Assembly (NCBI GenBank): GCA_023246355.1
Contig: JAHFIQ010000005.1
Span: 3,086 to 67,085 of the forward strand
Origin: Candidatus Uhrbacteria bacterium
GTDB lineage: Bacteria; Patescibacteriota; Patescibacteriia; UBA9934; GWF2-40-263
Reading direction: 5' to 3'
DNA: 64,000 nucleotides
Of this stretch, positions 54,370 to 64,000 are shown piece by piece (within the stretch, counting starts at the first letter, position 1; each line of letters starts with the position of its first letter). Made by a program: the position numbers and the translations under genes. The notes below the pieces were generated by a model. The model ran no database searches and was not told the origin of the DNA. It worked only from the letters and a program-made list of their open reading frames with translations.

Positions 54370-54430
54370 GGGGTCAGGTCGGGTTATGGACATTCTCTTT
54401 TCCAAAATGTCCATAACCCGACCTGACCCC
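54370..54430. repeat. REP palindrome (GGGGTCAGGTC family), right of RAYT
   Basis: Same 25-bp arms as 52836-52896, different loop. Confidence 0.93.
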
Positions 54431-54434
54431 ATTC

Positions 54435-56570
54435 TTAGAAATTATACTCAAACACATACACTTGCCCCTCGCCGACACTGCGCCAGTCGTCGGCGGTGGA
54501 CTTGGCGGTTTCGATGATACGAGGCGCCTCCCACCAGTAGCTGTTCACAAGAAAGAAGAGTGTGGTGATGTCGCCATGCTCTGGAACCAAATCAAGAGCT
54601 GACTGTGCGGTCTCTCGGGTTGGTGATTCGTTCATGGCCAAGAATGATTCGTACAGGTCACCACCAGTCGGAATCGGATAGAAAAAGAGATCACCGAAGT
54701 AGCGAAAACCGATTTCGGAAATGGCCGCGGCAGAGACAGATTGATTAGCAAGGGCAATGTAGGGTTGGCCACCAGCGAGTTCTTCGGTGAGATAGACGGC
54801 ATCGATGTCGGCCGAGCTTACGTTGAACCCTCGATTGGTTTCATAGGCATCGCGTCTGGGATAAGCAAGGTAGAGGGAGCTGCCAGAGATGGCGATCAAG
54901 AGCATCAGCACAGACGCCCGCAGCACCAGTGGTTGCGTTTTGAGATTCATGAAGACATGGCCGAGTCCCAAGATAAGATAGGGAGAAAGAAAGAAGATGA
55001 TAAGCGGCACCAAGCGCGCAGCGTAGTTGGTGCGTTCATAATCGATGAGAAATGAAAATTGGAGCGCCGTTTTCATGATGAGATAGTTAACGGTCAGAGC
55101 GATCACGGTGAGCAGAATCGCCCGGAAGCGTCGTGAGAGGTCTTGGTGATATTCCTGCCAGGCGAAGATCACGATGGCGATGACCAGCAGGGTCGCGTTT
55201 AAACCGTAGAGGTACACGAGATCCAACAGAGGTGAAAATCGATTTTCAAAAAACACGTTCAAGTTGAGTTGCGACAGCCACGTCAGTGGGTTCAGGGCGC
55301 TCACATTCACACCGAGATCTTGGTGGGTGACGAGCGCGTTCATCACAAACGAGAGCGGGAGAATCACACAGGCCACTAGGATGAGAAAGCCGCGGACAGC
55401 GCGGTTGGTTTTTGGGGTACCTGGATTGGTGCGGGAAGGATCGGTCGCGAGAAACATGAAATAGAGCAGCCCGGGGATGCCGGCGATGGGGTGAATCAAG
55501 AGCGTGGTCAAGGCGCTCACAAAAAGGACGCGCAGTCGTGGATGTTCTTTTTCAAGAAGATAGGGAACAGAAGCGAGGACAAGTAAGAGTGTCCAGAGAT
55601 TGGCGAGGGCCTGTGGAGTTGTGACAATGAAGTTTGATAGCGGGAGCAGAAATAAACCCATGAGGCTCATCATGGCGATCGAACGTTTGCGGGTGATGTG
55701 AGCGGCGGCAAAAAACCAGGCAGCGGGAAGAAGCAACGTCGTGAGCACAGGAACCAGAAACGTGTCAGCCAGATCAACGGAAATCAGAAATCCATGGTGC
55801 AGGAAGAGGACGAGTACATACTGACCAATGTAATAAAAGGGTTTGGGTGTGATCGTGCCAAATTCGGCGAGGTGGAGTTCGGTGGCTTTGTGGATGAACG
55901 AATCAAATCCAAAACCGAGGGGAAAAACAATGGCCGCGACGCTCAACAACCCAAAGAGGCAGAGGCAAAAAAGCAACAGGGAAAGCGCGCGTTCTTTTCC
56001 ACGAACCAGGAGTCCAAAGATCAGGGCCGACGCAAGAATGAACAACAGAAATACTGAAATGGGCAAACGTTCCCAGACAGATCGGACCGCGTCCACAACT
56101 GGATGTTGTGCGAGCGTCACAAAGAAGAGTGTCAGAAGCAGGAGGATGGCGCTTGTGGTGATGAGCACCATTCGAGGAATGGCATGACGACGTTCATGCC
56201 AAAGATCGTGGACGTGAGCAAACAACGAATGGTGTGTGGCTTTTTTACAAGCCCAGAGCATGAGAGGTGGGGTGAGTAGAATTGTGACCTGGATGACTTC
56301 GGGTGTGACTTTCCAAATGTAGTAGCTTGCGGTGAGTACAAGGATGAGGATCGAAAGCAACGTCCAGACGCCGAGCCACCAACGCAGAATGGCCTTCTCA
56401 GCCTGCGTGATGACACCACCCAGCTCCCAGCCGTAAAATCCAACATAGGCAACAAGCAATATCACGCCAATGCTTTGGTTATTCAAGATGAATGTGTTTA
56501 CGACAAAAGCCGCTAGAAACAGCAGGGCGAAAATGGTAGAGTGAATGCGATGGAACATAAGCTGTTTCAT
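54435..56570 (-). CDS. Large polytopic membrane protein (possibly GT-C-like)
   Basis: More than 15 hydrophobic segments, GFGFDSFIH loop, soluble C-terminal domain. Confidence 0.72.
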   Translation of the reverse strand: MKQLMFHRIHSTIFALLFLAAFVVNTFILNNQSIGVILLVAYVGFYGWELGGVITQAEKAILRWWLGVWTLLSILILVLTASYYIWKVTPEVIQVTILLTPPLMLWACKKATHHSLFAHVHDLWHERRHAIPRMVLITTSAILLLLTLFFVTLAQHPVVDAVRSVWERLPISVFLLFILASALIFGLLVRGKERALSLLLFCLCLFGLLSVAAIVFPLGFGFDSFIHKATELHLAEFGTITPKPFYYIGQYVLVLFLHHGFLISVDLADTFLVPVLTTLLLPAAWFFAAAHITRKRSIAMMSLMGLFLLPLSNFIVTTPQALANLWTLLLVLASVPYLLEKEHPRLRVLFVSALTTLLIHPIAGIPGLLYFMFLATDPSRTNPGTPKTNRAVRGFLILVACVILPLSFVMNALVTHQDLGVNVSALNPLTWLSQLNLNVFFENRFSPLLDLVYLYGLNATLLVIAIVIFAWQEYHQDLSRRFRAILLTVIALTVNYLIMKTALQFSFLIDYERTNYAARLVPLIIFFLSPYLILGLGHVFMNLKTQPLVLRASVLMLLIAISGSSLYLAYPRRDAYETNRGFNVSSADIDAVYLTEELAGGQPYIALANQSVSAAAISEIGFRYFGDLFFYPIPTGGDLYESFLAMNESPTRETAQSALDLVPEHGDITTLFFLVNSYWWEAPRIIETAKSTADDWRSVGEGQVYVFEYNF

Positions 56571-56580
56571 TTTACCACGT

Positions 56581-57159
56581 ATGGTGCAACGGGATCCTCA
56601 CGAACTCTATCCTCACGATATTCTTTTGCGTTACACGCTGGTTCCGTTGATTCCACGATTCATCACACCCAATGGCGTGACCGTGTTACGAATGATTTTG
56701 ACGCCCGTGGTCCTGTGGTTTTTGTGGTTGGAACAATTTGCGATTGGCGTTCCGCTTTTTTGGTTCTTGGCGTTTACCGACGCGCTGGATGGTTCTCTGG
56801 CACGCCTCAGAAACCAGATCACGCCCTGGGGGACGTTTTACGATCCGCTCGCGGATAAAATCTTCATTGGATCTGTGGTGCTCGTGGTTGTTGTGAAGCA
56901 TGTGAACATTTTTTTTGGTCTGCTCATTGTGTTGGTGGAGATCTCGATCATTCTTGGAGCCTTTTTTCGCAGACGTCAGGGAAGAATCGTAAGCGCCAAT
57001 TTTTTTGGAAAGACCAAAATGTTTTTACAAGTGCTCGGTGTGACGTTTCTCTTAATCGCCCTGTGGGCAGGATTTGATTTGTTTATTCCACTCTCTGTCG
57101 CGACCTTGTCTTTGGCAATCGTCTTTGCCGTGATTAGTTTATTTACGTATGGTCTCTAA
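56581..57159 (+). CDS. CDP-alcohol phosphatidyltransferase (PgsA-like)
   Basis: TPNGVT.LR, TDALDGSLAR..NQIT.WG.FYDPLADK signature. Confidence 0.93.
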   Translation: MVQRDPHELYPHDILLRYTLVPLIPRFITPNGVTVLRMILTPVVLWFLWLEQFAIGVPLFWFLAFTDALDGSLARLRNQITPWGTFYDPLADKIFIGSVVLVVVVKHVNIFFGLLIVLVEISIILGAFFRRRQGRIVSANFFGKTKMFLQVLGVTFLLIALWAGFDLFIPLSVATLSLAIVFAVISLFTYGL

Positions 57160-58714
57160 AATCGTGATGAGTAGTGTCGCCGTCATTTTTTTTCTCGGGA
57201 CACTCATGCTCGTCAATCCTTCCCATCTCTACGTTTCACCTGACGAGACCGCGAACGCATATTTTGCAAATCTGTTTTCGCAGACAGGATCGTTTCAGGG
57301 GACCGTTGATGCCCTGGCATCCGTTCTTGATGGCGGTTTGCATCCCCGCAGCTCTGTCTCCGTTGAAGGTGTGCTTCTTCCAGGATCATTTCTTGGGCTG
57401 CCGTTTCTCTACGGCGCGATCGCGACACTTGTTGGATCATGGGTGTTCTGGATCCTGACGCCGCTGATCACGATTCTCGCCGCGCTTGCCTGGGGGAGAC
57501 TCGTTGAGAAACTCACGAGTCCACTCATCGGTAAACTTTCCTTTGGTTTATTCCTCTTGCATCCAGCCGTGTGGTATTACTCGTCGCGAGGTCTCATGCA
57601 CAACGTGCTGTTTGTCGATTTGCTTGTCCTGTGTGTGTGGCTGTTTTTGGAAAGACCTATCAAGCAAAGGCTTCTGAATGATCTGCTCTCTGGTTTGCTC
57701 TTGGGTCTTGCTCTGTTCGTTCGCACGTCTGAGTTGTACTGGATCGCAGGTGCCGTGCTCCTCGCCGGGCTTTTTTGGTTGAGACAGATTCCTTACAGAA
57801 GAATTTCTCTGGCGTTTCTGGGACTCCTCTGTGGCCTGACTCTCTTGTTCGTCATGAACACCCTCACCTATGGAAGCCCATTGCAAACAGGCTACACCAT
57901 AGGCGCCACGCAGATTCAGGATTTGCAGTCGAGCGATAGTTTGGACGCGCTCACCACTCTTCCATTTGGATTTCATCCCATGAACGCGTGGCGACATATG
58001 CTTGCCTACGGTGTCCAGATGTTTTGGTGGCTCTCTGCTCTCACGTTGCTTGGATTTTTCATTTTGTGTTCACAGAAACACCATCGACGGTCTGTGAGAT
58101 CCAGCCTGTTGATTGCCAGCCTGATTTCGATCTGGCTCGTATTCATGTACGGCAGCTGGGAGATTCACGACAATCCAGACCCGCTGCAGATCACCATGGC
58201 CAACTCGTACGTTCGGTATTGGTTGCCGCTCTACCTGTTTTCAACCCCCATGATCGCTGCGGCGATCGGGTGGATTTCTGAGCGTGGACGATCACGTTTT
58301 GCTCGTGGGACGATCGTGACAGCTCTGTGTCTGCTCGTTTTGGGATTGAACATCCACGCCACGTTTCTTCAAGGAGAAGATGGTCTGATCACGATGCGCC
58401 GGCAATTACAAGAATCTGCCGCCATTCAAGAATCCGTGTTGCGTCTGACGCCTGGGGATGCGGTGATCATCGTGGATCGCGCGGATAAATTGTTTTTTCC
58501 CGAGCGTCGCGTTGTGTATCCTCTGCGTGACGAGGCGACCTATGAGGCTATGCCGGTTCTCGTTTCGCACGTGCCGCTGTATTATTATGGCATCACGTTT
58601 CCGCAGACGGATCTTGACTATCTCAACGATTCAAGACTGAAACGGATGGGTTTACAGATTGAGCTCATACAAACCTACGACCAGGAGTCGCTGTATCATA
58701 TTTTTTCTCCATGA
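57149..58714 (+). CDS. GT-C fold membrane glycosyltransferase (PMT/ArnT-like)
   Basis: SPDETAN early loop, many TMs, RYWLPLY. Confidence 0.72.
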   Translation: MVSKIVMSSVAVIFFLGTLMLVNPSHLYVSPDETANAYFANLFSQTGSFQGTVDALASVLDGGLHPRSSVSVEGVLLPGSFLGLPFLYGAIATLVGSWVFWILTPLITILAALAWGRLVEKLTSPLIGKLSFGLFLLHPAVWYYSSRGLMHNVLFVDLLVLCVWLFLERPIKQRLLNDLLSGLLLGLALFVRTSELYWIAGAVLLAGLFWLRQIPYRRISLAFLGLLCGLTLLFVMNTLTYGSPLQTGYTIGATQIQDLQSSDSLDALTTLPFGFHPMNAWRHMLAYGVQMFWWLSALTLLGFFILCSQKHHRRSVRSSLLIASLISIWLVFMYGSWEIHDNPDPLQITMANSYVRYWLPLYLFSTPMIAAAIGWISERGRSRFARGTIVTALCLLVLGLNIHATFLQGEDGLITMRRQLQESAAIQESVLRLTPGDAVIIVDRADKLFFPERRVVYPLRDEATYEAMPVLVSHVPLYYYGITFPQTDLDYLNDSRLKRMGLQIELIQTYDQESLYHIFSP

Positions 58715-60111
58715 TGTTTACTCGACTGTTTCAATGCGTCATCGTCACGATCCCGATTCTTCTCTTCGGTTGGCTTTTAACGCAGTGGCTTGTGCCATCG
58801 GGTGTCTTTTTTGTGAGCCACATCGTTGGGGAAGAATCACCGTTTATCGACGAGCTTCAGCCTGGGACTCGTGTCATCGCTCCCCAAGATGGGGCACAAT
58901 CCATAGTTGGTGACCCTGTGTTTTTCTTCGTCCATCCGCATCGCGACTTTGAGCGCATTGTCCTGGAAGTTTGGTTTCAAAATGCATCGGTTCCGATTGT
59001 GGAACTTGGCGCGCTTGTCACGAGCCATCCAGAATCATACGAGCTTTTTCCCCTGCAGAATCGCTTGATCGATGAGTCCTCATGGAGTCGATTGGACGAG
59101 GACGGCATGGTCCTTCTGCAGAGAGAAAAAACGTATGACTCGCTTGCAGATTTTTTTGCAGATCCACCTCTGCGCGATTCCGTGGCGACCTATCGCACGA
59201 CCTTTGACGTTCCGTATCGATTGGCCAATTATCAACCAACCTCCTCTGTGCAAACGATTGATGCCTCTTTGCGTGGTCATCAGGAATTCAAAACATATAT
59301 AAAAAACGAAACGCTGAATTTTACGTTCCACTACATGGACATGAATCGTGATGATGGGGCCGATGTGGTGCGCGTAACTGTTTTTAATGAAGCAGGCCAG
59401 CCCGTTGTCGAGGCGCGAGCCGATGATGATGGCGATGCCGCAGACGATGCGATCGCCACGGGAATGGAAACGCTCGAGCTCACGGCTTCTGGATTGCCGG
59501 AGGGTGTGTACAAGGTGGTCATGGACACCACGCGCGATGTGTTTTTTCGATCGATCAAAACCTCTCAGCAAAAAATCGTCTTTTCGGGATCCGTATTCAT
59601 TGGGGATGAAATTGGGTATCATGAGGTCCCACAAGGAGCCGTGCTGTACACCGAGTCGAATCGTCTCCGATTGCAAACGCGTCACGCAGAAGGTGTGCAA
59701 ACGATTTCAACAGAGACAACGACTTTGGAAATCTTGGAACCCTATGTCTGGTATGTGCTCTCTCTTGATGGACAGGACCTGGACCGCATTGAGATTCCCA
59801 CGGGCGACGTAGAAATCGTGACCGATGGGAAGCTGGCTTTTTCCCCGTCGCAGTATTTTAATCCCGATCCGATCACGCTGAGCGCTTACACTGATCTGGA
59901 TGATGCACACATCGATTACGTCCTTGCACAGTACTCGTCTCCCAGACAAGAAGGGGACTGGTTGGTCGCCGATGTTTCGTTTGACACACAAAAGATCTCC
60001 ACGGAAGATTCGACCTGGAAGTTTAGTTTTTCCACGCCTGGCATTGAGGAATTGGACGCGAGTCTCTTGGTTCATGCGATCAACGCCTGGATGTATCGAG
60101 AAAAATTATGA
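58711..60111 (+). CDS. Hypothetical membrane-anchored extracytoplasmic protein
   Basis: N-terminal TM; ATGA overlaps on both sides. Confidence 0.75.
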   Translation: MMFTRLFQCVIVTIPILLFGWLLTQWLVPSGVFFVSHIVGEESPFIDELQPGTRVIAPQDGAQSIVGDPVFFFVHPHRDFERIVLEVWFQNASVPIVELGALVTSHPESYELFPLQNRLIDESSWSRLDEDGMVLLQREKTYDSLADFFADPPLRDSVATYRTTFDVPYRLANYQPTSSVQTIDASLRGHQEFKTYIKNETLNFTFHYMDMNRDDGADVVRVTVFNEAGQPVVEARADDDGDAADDAIATGMETLELTASGLPEGVYKVVMDTTRDVFFRSIKTSQQKIVFSGSVFIGDEIGYHEVPQGAVLYTESNRLRLQTRHAEGVQTISTETTTLEILEPYVWYVLSLDGQDLDRIEIPTGDVEIVTDGKLAFSPSQYFNPDPITLSAYTDLDDAHIDYVLAQYSSPRQEGDWLVADVSFDTQKISTEDSTWKFSFSTPGIEELDASLLVHAINAWMYREKL

Positions 60112-60470
60112 TTTGGAAATCACCCACCTTGCATGCTCTCCCAACACTCTGTAAAACAGGATTCATCGTGTCCATTTCTTCCTATGTTCTTTTTTGGACG
60201 ACCGATCTGCTCGTGCCTGGTTTTGTCTCGCGCTATTTTTCTGTGCATCTTTTTTTGGCGGCTGCCATTGTGACGGGGGTGTGTTGGTCGTTGACGCTCA
60301 AGGAGTATGAAGAACAGCCCTGGCTCCAGCTGCTCGTCGCGATCCTTCTCGGAATCCTCGCCTGTGTGATAGTCTGGAACTCCGGTGAAGATCTGGGAGG
60401 CTATCGGCTGCTTGTGGCTGCTGTTGCCTTGTGTGCCCCCTTGCTCATTCTTCAACTTCTCAAAGAATAA
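60108..60470 (+). CDS. Small four-TM membrane protein
   Basis: Hydrophobic; operonic. Confidence 0.7.
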   Translation: MIWKSPTLHALPTLCKTGFIVSISSYVLFWTTDLLVPGFVSRYFSVHLFLAAAIVTGVCWSLTLKEYEEQPWLQLLVAILLGILACVIVWNSGEDLGGYRLLVAAVALCAPLLILQLLKE

Positions 60471-60472
60471 GT

Positions 60473-60880
60473 ATGGATTTTTGCCTCTTTTGTAAAATTG
60501 TTGCTCATGAGATTCCCGCGACGATCTTGTACGAGGATGATTCAACGATCGCGTTTCTGGACATCAATCCCGTGAAGCCTGGTCATACGCTGGTCGTCCC
60601 AAAAGTTCACGGGGCAGATTTCCGTGAGTCTCAGGTGCACGATCTTACGGCGGTCATAGAAACGGCGAAGAAGATCGCCCCAGCGATTTTGAAAACCGTT
60701 GGCGCGCAAGGATTCAATTTTAGCAGTAATGTTGGTGCGGCTGCTGGTCAGGTCATTTTCCACACGCACTTTCATCTGATCCCTCGTCACAACGGCGACG
60801 GACTCGTCAACTGGCCGCACGAAGGGGCAACACAGGAGGAACTTGCGGAACTTGGAAATAAGATTCGCGTTCAGCTATGA
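60473..60880 (+). CDS. HIT family nucleotide hydrolase
   Basis: CLFCKIV, AFLDINP..PGHTLVVPK, FHTHFHLIPR. Confidence 0.95.
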   Translation: MDFCLFCKIVAHEIPATILYEDDSTIAFLDINPVKPGHTLVVPKVHGADFRESQVHDLTAVIETAKKIAPAILKTVGAQGFNFSSNVGAAAGQVIFHTHFHLIPRHNGDGLVNWPHEGATQEELAELGNKIRVQL

Positions 60881-61416
60881 AGTGGAAAACACTCAACACA
60901 ACAATGATCGAGGGTAATCCATTTGTGCGATTTTTTGTTGACGAGTTTGAAACACCATCCGGAAAGAAAGGGAAGTATTTTTATCATGTCAACGGCAATG
61001 GCGATGGCTTTGTTAGTGTCTTTGTTCAGACACTGAACAACACATTTATCATGACCAACGAATACCGCTACTTATTTGATCGAGTGTCGTTGGGGAATCC
61101 GAAAGGTTCCATTGAACCAAACGAATCGATCGAAGAAGCTGCCATGCGTGAAGTGGTGGAAGAATGCGGGTACAAACCTTCTGAGATTATTTCTTTGGGA
61201 TGGGTTGCCAGTGCGAATGCCATATCAAAAGAACGGATGCATGTTTTCCTTGGGAAGAACCCTGTGAGACTTGGTCAGAAACTCGATGAACTGGAGGACA
61301 TTACCGTTCGCGAAATGACAGTTCGAGAGATCGATGAGGCGATTGCCACGGGGGAAATTTGGGATGGTGCAACAGTTTCTGGCTGGTACAAGGTAAAACT
61401 TTATTTGGGACTATGA
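60877..61416 (+). CDS. NUDIX hydrolase (ADP-ribose pyrophosphatase-like)
   Basis: Nudix box GSIEPNESIEEAAMREVVEECGY. Confidence 0.92.
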   Translation: MKWKTLNTTMIEGNPFVRFFVDEFETPSGKKGKYFYHVNGNGDGFVSVFVQTLNNTFIMTNEYRYLFDRVSLGNPKGSIEPNESIEEAAMREVVEECGYKPSEIISLGWVASANAISKERMHVFLGKNPVRLGQKLDELEDITVREMTVREIDEAIATGEIWDGATVSGWYKVKLYLGL

Positions 61417-62417
61417 AAATTCTCATCACCGGCGGCGCAGGGTTTATGGGAAGCAACATGATTCACTATCTGTTGCGTCAGTATCAAGACGTTCAGATTG
61501 TGAACCTCGACCTGCTCACTTATGCTGGAAATTTGGAAAGTCTTACTGATATTGCTGATGATCCGCGCTATCAATTTGTCAAAGGTGATATTGCCGATCC
61601 GAGGGTGCTCGATCAAGTCGTGCCTGGAGTGGACCTCATCATCAATTATGCGGCCGAGACACATGTAGACCGTTCCATTTTAGATGCCCGCGCCTTTGTG
61701 CAAACAAATGTGAACGGCGTTCATGAACTTCTTGAGGCGGTGAGGCGTCATGGAACTCCTCGCTTTGTGCATATCTCCACCGATGAAGTCTTTGGGGCTG
61801 TCATGGAAGGGGAAAGTACTGAGCAGTCAAAATTTGAACCGCGCTCTCCCTATGCTGCCTCCAAGGCCGCTGGAGATCATCTCTGTCATGCCTATGCCGT
61901 CACCTATGACGTCCCGGTGATTGTGACACACTCGGTGAATTATTATGGCCCGCATCAATTTCCTGAAAAGCTCATTCCGCTGTTTACGATGAATCTGCTC
62001 GAAGGAAAAAAAGTTCCGGTCTATGGCGATGGCATGCAAGTCCGTGAATGGATTTTTACCGAGGATCACTGCCGTGCGATTGATCTGATCGCGCAAAAGG
62101 GAAGACTGGGTGAAGTTTACAATATCGGGACCGGCTATCGCGTGCCAAATATTGAGATCACCAAAAAACTCTTTGTCCTCACAGGTCGTGACGAATCCGC
62201 CATTGACTATGTCGCCGACCGCAGAGGTCATGACAGGCGTTATGCCCTCAATGCAGATAAATTGCGCACAGAGCTCGGTTGGGAGCCGCAGATCGCGTTT
62301 GACCATGGGCTTGCCAAAACTGTTGAGTGGTACCAGACTTGCGGTGAATGGGTGAATCACTGCCGCACAGGAGCGTATAAAGAGTATTACGAAAAGCAGT
62401 ACATAAATCGCGTATGA
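61413..62417 (+). CDS. rfbB: dTDP-glucose 4,6-dehydratase
   Basis: ITGGAGFMGS, LTYAGN, AAETHVDRSI, HISTDEVFG, PRSPYAASKA, FPEKLIP, GHDRRYA. Confidence 0.96.
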   Translation: MKILITGGAGFMGSNMIHYLLRQYQDVQIVNLDLLTYAGNLESLTDIADDPRYQFVKGDIADPRVLDQVVPGVDLIINYAAETHVDRSILDARAFVQTNVNGVHELLEAVRRHGTPRFVHISTDEVFGAVMEGESTEQSKFEPRSPYAASKAAGDHLCHAYAVTYDVPVIVTHSVNYYGPHQFPEKLIPLFTMNLLEGKKVPVYGDGMQVREWIFTEDHCRAIDLIAQKGRLGEVYNIGTGYRVPNIEITKKLFVLTGRDESAIDYVADRRGHDRRYALNADKLRTELGWEPQIAFDHGLAKTVEWYQTCGEWVNHCRTGAYKEYYEKQYINRV

Positions 62418-63292
62418 AAATTCTCATTTTTGGAAAAGGCTACATGGGAGGGCGCTGTGCCTCTGTCTGGGGAGAGGAGGCAGTGCACTCCGAGGTGTTT
62501 GTCCACTCTGTGGAAGATGCGCTTAACGAAATCCGTCGGGTACAGCCAGACGCGGTTTTGAATGCCGCCGGTGTGCGTGGGAAACCCAATGTTGACTGGT
62601 GTGAGGATCACCAACGAGAAACGATTCGGGGGAACACACTGCTCCCGATTCTCCTCTCTGAGGCATGTCAGGAAGCAGGCGTGTATCTTCTGCATATGGG
62701 CTCTGGTTGTATTTTCTACGGTGACTCGCATCATGAAGATCGTGCGTGGCGTGAACACGATCATGGCAATCCCATTCCGGTGTACTCACGTAGCAAGTGG
62801 GCGGCAGATCTTGTCCTCTCGACCTTGCCCAATGTCGGCATTGCACGCATTCGGATGCCGATTGACTGGAAGCCAGCGCCAGACAATCTGATCGACAAAC
62901 TTGCTCGCTATCCAAAAGTGATCGACGTGGAAAACTCGGTGACGATCGTGGACGACATGGTGGACGTCTTTCATCAACTGATGGCGCAGCGTGCTTCCGG
63001 TGTGTTTCATGTGACCAATCCTGGCACCGTGAAGCATCGTGAAATTTTAGAGCTGTATCGTGAGCTTGTGGATCCGTCTCATTCTTGTGAGTGGATCGGG
63101 AACGACGACTTGGTTGCACAAGGCCTTGCTACAAAAGGACGATCAAACAATTTTCTTGCGAGTGACAATCTCGTGAACGTCGGCATCCACATGCGACCAG
63201 CCAAGGAATCCCTACGCGATACCATGGAACGGTATGCCTGGGAAAAACGAGGTGGGGGAGGTTGTGGAGATAGCTGCGGGTGTAGCCACTAA
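62414..63292 (+). CDS. NRS/ER-like NDP-4-keto-6-deoxyglucose 3,5-epimerase/4-reductase (RmlD fold)
   Basis: LNAAGVRGKPNVDWCE.H..ETIRGN, GSGCIF, RIRMPI, V..NSVTI resemble plant NRS/ER (UER1). Confidence 0.82.
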   Translation: MKILIFGKGYMGGRCASVWGEEAVHSEVFVHSVEDALNEIRRVQPDAVLNAAGVRGKPNVDWCEDHQRETIRGNTLLPILLSEACQEAGVYLLHMGSGCIFYGDSHHEDRAWREHDHGNPIPVYSRSKWAADLVLSTLPNVGIARIRMPIDWKPAPDNLIDKLARYPKVIDVENSVTIVDDMVDVFHQLMAQRASGVFHVTNPGTVKHREILELYRELVDPSHSCEWIGNDDLVAQGLATKGRSNNFLASDNLVNVGIHMRPAKESLRDTMERYAWEKRGGGGCGDSCGCSH

Positions 63293-63293
63293 G

Positions 63294-63319
63294 CAAAAAC
63301 CGAGCCAGGCTCGGTTTTT
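63294..63319. terminator. Palindromic terminator
   Basis: CAAAAACCGAGCC/GGCTCGGTTTTTG. Confidence 0.65.
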
Positions 63320-63401
63320 GGATATCTGGTAAGTGCTTGACCGATGTGTCCATTTCTGGTTGAATGCACCCCTTCAGACGTTCGTCTGAAAAGGAGGAGC
63401 T

Positions 63402-64000
63402 GTGGCGCAGGCCAAGCATCAACCCATTGACACACACGCTGCAGCGAAAGAAAACAAAGCAGCAGCGCAGGCAAGGCACCTGGAGGAGATAAATACCTTC
63501 CTTGCGGTTCGTGATCTTGCTCCCATTGCCAGAACAGGCGACAAGGATCGTCACGAGACTGAATTGGTCGGCATCGCCAGAATTGGCCACGAAAACCCCT
63601 GGTACTCCATCATCGGGTTTGATGTGCTCCATCCGGACGGTCGTCCGGGTCAGTTTTTTCTCCGCTTCCAGGCGCAGGGAGCTCATGGCATGCCCATGAT
63701 TGTCCTGCCGATGGTAAACGACCACCTCGTGTTCGTTTACCAGCACCGCGCGGCTGTCTCGCGTTGGCTCACGGAAGCTCCGCGCCAGTTCGCCAAGTCA
63801 ACACTTGAGCCGTCGATCCTCGACCGCAAAGTGATCGAGTTGGCGCAGCGTGCTGGCCTCCACGATAGATTCCCATCGCATGGGCTTCCGCTTGGCCTTT
63901 TGGGCCGTGAGGCAGTTTCGCTCATGCTCGGTGAGCAGATGAACGTCCTGGAAGTCGTTCAACTGGACGACGGCATGCCCGAGGACAGCGGCTACGACAC
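63402..64000 (+). CDS. Partial ORF running off the window; divergent NUDIX-like protein
   Basis: AAGGAGGAG RBS then GTG; open to the end; IVLPMVNDHLVFVYQHR..VSRWLTEAPRQF resembles the ADPRase pre-Nudix segment; absent from the ORF track. Confidence 0.6.
   Translation, partial: MAQAKHQPIDTHAAAKENKAAAQARHLEEINTFLAVRDLAPIARTGDKDRHETELVGIARIGHENPWYSIIGFDVLHPDGRPGQFFLRFQAQGAHGMPMIVLPMVNDHLVFVYQHRAAVSRWLTEAPRQFAKSTLEPSILDRKVIELAQRAGLHDRFPSHGLPLGLLGREAVSLMLGEQMNVLEVVQLDDGMPEDSGYD

Noticed and set aside
1-64000. Additional VRs for the DGR elsewhere in the window
   Set aside because: None seen by eye; a BLASTN-short search with the TR is needed to exclude them

Overview
This is a bacterial chromosomal window. 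Its gene content suggests a Patescibacteria/CPR (Parcubacteria, possibly Uhrbacteria-like) genome; this is inferred, not searched. It holds infC, smpB and a tmRNA, followed by envelope genes. A GC-rich block (about 12-22 kb) encodes five exported proteins with myxobacterial-type Cys/Asp 'MopE-related' repeats. Next come an ECF sigma/DUF5667 pair, a very large S-layer-like protein, two tandem subtilisins with FG-GAP-like propellers, and a long glycosyltransferase/rhamnose cluster. Inside that cluster is a complete non-phage diversity-generating retroelement (DGR): a target gene with VR at 47798-47928, TR at 48292-48422 (15 mismatches, all at TR adenines), an avd on the opposite strand, and an RT. 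avd and RT overlap head-to-head across one G10 tract; losing one G would put an upstream ATG in frame for both genes, suggesting a single phase-variation switch for the mutagenic machinery. The window also has at least four families of dispersed palindromic elements: RAYT-associated REPs, a covarying ~125-nt rod-like repeat, AGGTGG-nonamer palindromes with empty and gene-filled forms, and short REPs. Several sit in frame inside glycosyltransferase genes. There is also a candidate sRNA with an anti-Shine-Dalgarno loop. All calls were made by eye from the sequence and the ORF track; no database searches were run.
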